From Balanoglossus misakiensis (lineage: Eukaryota > Animalia > Hemichordata): a stretch of 64,000 nucleotides of DNA. The stretch spans positions 5,036,213-5,100,212 of the forward strand of contig CM082589.2 of the NCBI GenBank assembly GCA_040954595.2, written 5' to 3'. A model generated the notes under the pieces. That model was not told where the DNA came from. It saw nothing but the letters and a program-made list of their open reading frames with translations, and searched no databases. How positions within the stretch are numbered: the first letter of the stretch is position 1; the number at the start of each line of letters is the position of its first letter. Positions 55,586-64,000 of this stretch are shown here, in pieces. The position numbers and the translations under genes were made by a program.

Positions 55586-55999
55586 TCTTGTAGATAAGAA
55601 ATCCTGGACCCTGTAACATAGCTGAAGATAGCGTTTGCACGATCAAATTACTTTGTAGGTCAAATTGTTTATGCCTTCAGAAAAAAAAAAGTTGGATAAT
55701 GTGAAAGGTGTATTGTGTGACAGCTAGTAGTACATGTATATTGATTCAACAGGTTGAATCACTGGCTACCCCTCAACAGTGTGATTCCGATGCCTGCTGA
55801 AGTGAACGTCAGTACTGTGCGATGTTGTGAGAAGTGGTCCAGTGTATTATACTCAGACTTAGACTGCAGTGTTTATGTTGTTGGGCTACTCACCACATCA
55901 GTAATTCTAGTTTAACGTATTGCCACTATTGTTTCGGGTAACCGAGACTACACGATCATGTACTTTGCGAACAGTTCCGGCGTCGCATGTTTTACCATG

Positions 56000-56554
56000 G
56001 AAGCCGCCATGATGTTCATTTCAAATCTCGTTCCAAGTTCTCGGCAGAGACGAGACGCTGTTTGTGTTGTTGATTTGTGCGGTTTGATTCTTTTTTTTCT
56101 GTAAGTTTGCGGCACGGAAACAAACAAATTGGAAACAGACAGGGGCAATCAAGGTAACGATGGCAGGAATTGTTCGCAGACTTGTAAAAACTCTCTCGGC
56201 TCCGAGCGCTTTGGGACCTTACAGGCAAGTACAAAGTACATGTATATGTATACACCTCACTGTATAAAGCTGTTCACAGTAGTTGTTCACACCTCTCAAG
56301 ACGCAAATCTTAGAATCTAGTGATTTATTGCAAAGTGGGTATCTCTATCACAGCCCGACTTCTCTTTTAAATTGCAAAATCGATTGCAACGCCCAGAAAT
56401 AGAAAGACGTGTACGCAGACTGTGCGAGATGAGCCAGTGCACGTTGTGCATCACCTGATTGGTCACATGACACATTTAAAGGTCACGTTATCCTCGACGG
56501 CACGTGGGGTCATTTTGTCGAGAGACTGACTGCAGTACCACGATCGCAATTACA
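56000..56554. promoter_or_regulatory. Putative bidirectional promoter between POP1 and RIDA
   Basis: Divergent genes with start codons 970 bp apart; inverted CCAAT (GATTGG) near 56457, E-box/CLEAR-like GTCACATGAC at 56462 and CACGTG at 56501. Confidence 0.55.
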
Positions 56555-59034
56555 ATGGCAGGTGTTGTTCGTAAAATAGTGAAAACTTCCAACGCCCCAG
56601 CGGGCGCTGGACCCTACAGGTAAGCTCGCACACTTCCATGGATAAAAGAAGCAAGACCGGCTCGACATGCTTCATGGTTCTGTTCGACCCCGGGGTTCGA
56701 CCACGGTACGGTCGCGTCGCTTGACCTTTGCGATTGCACAGGTCGCACTGTACTTGGCAGCGCTTATAATATAATAGTGAATAGAGAGATTATTATATCA
56801 TAAGCGCTGCCAACTACGCACGGTGCGATGAGTTTTCTAAGCAGTATTTGCTCAATGTCAAAATGTCTAAGCCCTGGGGTTTTATTTGCTATATAGGTAT
56901 GAATTATTCATGACCAAAATAGCCAATGGCAGATCATCTTGCATTTTGTACATCACCAACATTTTGATAGTAGTAATTTAATTGGTTCTTGGTCTCAGAA
57001 AGGAGACATTATTGATGACCCACCTTCAGTTTTTACAAAATCAGTTGTGGAGAAAAAGAATTTAGTGTAGTGGACATTCTAGGACCCATTGTATCGTACA
57101 ATATGGCACATACAGTCAGGAAATATGTCAATTTCCGACCAGACTTGGCCAAATTTCCCCTCAGGTTAGTAAAATAATACTCTTTGTCAATCATTCTGAT
57201 GCACATAAAAAATTTATTTTGTTTGTTTGTAATTTTTGGCCTTAGCTTTACTTTCTTATTTAGACTTTGAACTAATGGATGACCTTATTGTCAACTTCAG
57301 TGGGTGCTGGCCTAATGTTGTACACAATCTGCCAGACTTCAGCCCTGTGTGGATTATGCAATGTCACGTGAGAGGCATTGTGTTGAGTTCAATGAGGTCA
57401 GTCAGGTCACCCACAGTTGAAAAAGTGACACAGTCTGGTGATCAAGCATATTCAGTATGACCAGGTCATCTTGTCTAGGGCAGTGCAGGCCTCATTGTCC
57501 GTTCCTCTCATTCCCTGCATGGTGTATACATGACAGATATTTCTCATGTGTAGAAATAACTCTGAAACATGTCTGAGCCGGTTAGTTGGTTCATTAAGCA
57601 GATGGAAAAGTGGTCATGAATAATTACAGTTTGTGCTGATGCATATTCATAAATAAATTTGCAATCAAATTCATAAGGACTTTTGCTCTTTTCCTTTTTT
57701 TTATCTGGCTTTTTTGTTTGTTTTTCACAGCCAAGCAGTCATAGTTGACAGGACCATGTACATATCAGGTCAAATTGGACAAGACCTCTCTGGGAATCTG
57801 GTTTCTGAGAAAGTAGAAGACCAGACTGACCAGGTTTGTCAGAGAATCATGCATTTGTATGTATTGTTTATCTGAAAAATATCAGTTCTGATTGTATGAC
57901 ATGAAAAACATTATTTTATTCACTGATTCAGAGCAAGAAAGAAAGAAGAAAGAGCATTTATGCCCAATAAAAAGAAATAGGATGATGAAAAAAAAGTTCC
58001 ATCTCTAGAGGGCGTTTTCCACAGGTCATCTTCATATGTTACTTGCATGTAAATAGTAAGAGGGACTTAATTTTGTAAACCAATTTGTGATTTCTAGGCT
58101 TTGAAGAACATGGGTGAAATCCTGAAAAGCCAGGGCTGTGATTTTTCCAATGGTGAGTACATTGAACAAGAAGTAAAAAATTAAAAATAAGTACATTTAC
58201 CTGCACATTTTCTCATTGTTTCTCATTCTGTATCAATTATGATATTTTTTCTACTCTATAAAACATGTTAAACACCTAGTATTCAGTTACCTACCAGCTC
58301 TCATGAAACCTGCTTTTCGAGGAGACAGGCAACACATTTATCACAATAATTTGGTGTAGGAAAATCTTTCATCGTTGTCTTTCAGTTGTGAAATGCACTG
58401 TGCTGTTAGCGGACATCAATGAATGGGGCACGGTTAATGAAGTCTACAAGAAATGTAAGTAATTTTTTGTCTTAAACAAATTTCAGAAACAGGCAGGAAT
58501 ATTTCTTTGAAAAAGGGTGCGTGGATCATTGTATTACTCCTTGATTTGCTGTGTTGTGACGTTTGATATTGAGTCTATCAACTTGCTGCAGTTGATGCTT
58601 AAAACAAAAAAGTTAACTTAGTATGTTTTGAAGAAGGTCACGTCTTTAAATGTGGATTTTCTTGTCTTTTTCCAGTTTTCCAAGCACCGTACCCTGCTCG
58701 TGCTGCCTACCAAGCAGGTGCCTTGCCTAAAGTAAGCAGTGTTTGGTCACCTTTCTTCCATTTTCTGTGCTGTCAAAATTTCTTGTTGTACTCTATTACA
58801 TATCCAGCGAAATACAGTCATGCAACACACAATTAGGAAACTTTAATGTAAAGACTAAGAAATGAAATCATAATTAGCAAGATGTTCACATGTGGGCAGT
58901 TTGACTTGTTTGTGTTTATGTCATCAGTTTCACCATTTAAGTTTACATTTTGTGTCTTGCAGAGTGCCAGGGTGGAGATAGAGGCCATTGCAGTACTTGG
59001 TCCAATCGTGGATGTCGCTGGGAATAAACTGTAA
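56555..59034 (+). CDS. RIDA: 2-iminobutanoate/2-iminopropanoate deaminase RidA (HRSP12/UK114); exons 56555-56619, 57731-57833, 58098-58152, 58386-58454, 58676-58731, 58963-59034
   Basis: APAGAGPYSQAVIVDRTMYISGQIG; QALKNMGEILK; VVKCTVLLADINEW; YPARAAYQAGALPKSARVEIEAIAVLGP. It is missed by the ORF track because the exons are short. Confidence 0.95.
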
Positions 59035-61354
59035 ATGTCTTCTTCTTTCGTGGTCGTGGTTTTTTAGCTTTTCTCTCTCAGTCGGTCAACCCTTTGCTAT
59101 TCCTGTTTGATTACACTTATGTGTTTATACCAAATAAAATTCCACACGCACAAAGTTTGTCAAGCCAAATGAGATTCATATGCAGTATTCTTTTCCTATG
59201 TTCATCGTTTGCTTTTGTCATCAAATATGCAAATAAACTGGAATTTAACTAATCTAATTAGTTTCTTTTGGTTATTGGTAATATTATGGCATATAAAACC
59301 GCTTGTCAAATTTCTTTGAAATTTGGCGTGCTGGTCCGTGGGTGAAATCTACCATACGTGAGATTTGTTCAAATTGTAAGAGTCTGCAGTATAGTATTTT
59401 GTGGGTGGTATTTGTCTTTTTGGTAACTTTATCTCCAAATCCACTTGCCTGATTGCCGTGAAATGTCTGGGTATGCAGGTTCCAGGGTGTGGAATAAGTG
59501 ACATTTGTCCGTGTCACAAGAGAAAATGGCCGTGCAATATATTTATTGAACACAACTGTATATCTCACTGTAATTCCAGCAAAGATAACCTAAATGAATT
59601 AATTAGCACACATAAAATTAAATTGACATGCCTACAAAATATTAAAGCACATACAAATACATTCAAACAAACGTACAATTTGAGTCTGCATACGTAAATA
59701 TGATTGGTTAATTTCGAGGGCACGACCCTTAACCATTTCCGCTTCGACCAATGGACACGGCTCTACTGAATTGTGGAGATCTGTGAACTGAAAGCTGATT
59801 GGCTGAGTTGGTGGGCTTGGCCCCACGCATTCTGTTTTTATTTGACAAGGTCATCACGCGTAGTACTCGTTCACCGGTTTTTGCTGTCCAATTTCCTAGT
59901 GTGAAAGGTACACAGGAGAAACTCGTAAGTACACAGACTTAACTTAATGCTCTTATCATCAGTTTCTGAGGCAGAGTTTTAAAGAATGTGCTGCTCACGC
60001 CAAATGAACACTGTACAGAACTTGAAGAATGCCGCCGGCTAGATGCCCTACTTCTGCTAAGCTCCGCATGGCAGGAAGCCAGATGCGTAGCGCAGTCCAT
60101 CATGTCAAAATGTACATGTTTTCTCACACCGATGGGCTGTTAAATAGCGACCGATCGCCTATGAAAGTGTCGCGGCACCGGAATCCCCTGCCCTTACATA
60201 CCAAACAGGCGATTGGGGTACGCGTCGAGGCGGTGTTTTGGACCGGCGATTTTGGCGTAGTCGACGCAATGACTGTCATGGCGACACTCTCACTTCAACA
60301 AAACCCACTTCCATGATGGATGACTGTCATGTGGGTTCCCAGTTCGCGGTAATCCTGTAGCGCTCGATCGCCGGACAACACGTGGTAAAAACAAAACAAA
60401 TCCACGTGGGACATAATACTGGTGTCCACCTCCAAAAATTGGCAGCTCCCCTGTTGTCATTATGTAAATAACTGTATGTACACCAAATGTATTTAAATAT
60501 GCGTACAAATTAAAATATATTACCCACGCAAAGTGAACACTTTCGACTTACCATATGGTACATGTATTAGATTACCATTTCTTAGCTGCGTCCTTCTTTC
60601 CCATCTTCTATCAATGGATAAAATCAGCTTGTTCTTTTGCCCGAAATCGGAATGATCAGCAATGTGACAACCTAAAGGGGAAAAAAATATTATTATTTAC
60701 TTGGGCTGGTGTTGCCTCTGACAATGCATTATCACCAAAATATTAAAGGTATACTGTATTGTCACCTACAGTATATGCAAATTAATTTAACCATAGTTAC
60801 CATAGAAAGTTGAGATCTAGCCAATGATAGATTTTCAGGGGATGGCCATGTGAAAAAATGTGCCCCTACATGTATACGTATCTATGGCCAATCAAAGAAG
60901 TAGAGCATATTTAAAATTAGAGATGACCATATTCCTTGAGTACATGTATGTCAATAGTGATTGATACATCGAGTAATGGGAAGTATAAACAGTTAACTTT
61001 GTATCGAGGTGATCCTCCAATTCAGGTGAACAGTCGGCATAGTTTTATGTGGAGACAAAGCTATTTTAATTATGGCATCATTTGATTTACCACTTCATTG
61101 ATTACAAGGATGCCACAGTCTATCAGTGATTAATCAGTTGCTTCAGGTAATTTGGAGTGAGCAGATGTGTGTGAAAGGTAACTCGTACTACGAGACTGTG
61201 CTTTTGCCACACACAGAGACATACAAAAATCCAAATTGTGCTAGCGATCATATCTTGTACGCATTTTCATTTCACGAAATAAATTCATCCGTGTTTCCTC
61301 TAACATTTTCTCCCTAACAGTGTTGCTAATACAGGAAGAAAATCAAAATTTACA

Positions 61355-64000
<2,646 letters not shown>

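Overview
Intron-rich, AT-rich animal genomic DNA, most likely a marine invertebrate; the taxon cannot be fixed from sequence alone. The ORF track is mostly exon fragments, so I rebuilt spliced genes by hand from GT-AG junctions and exon phases. In order: a WSCD-family sulfotransferase (-); an unusual 11-exon, ~1256-codon secreted protein (-) fusing a catalytically degenerate DNase II domain, a Cys-containing middle region I cannot assign, an intact ENDOD1-type (DRGH) nuclease and a Lys-rich tail, with furin-like sites at domain borders and one in-frame TAA; a cytosolic SULT (+); a small single-TM orphan (+); a double-HotDog thioesterase-like gene (-); a transposon/tandem-repeat block at about 27.9-35.7 kb, including a three-level nest of P-like insertions/footprints each with a 7-bp TSD; an intronless orphan class A GPCR (+); DHX36 (-) head-to-head with a PRXL2B/SelU-family selenoprotein (+; UxxC TGA plus SECIS); POP1 (-) head-to-head with RIDA (+), as in human; and the 5' part of L-threonine 3-dehydrogenase (+).
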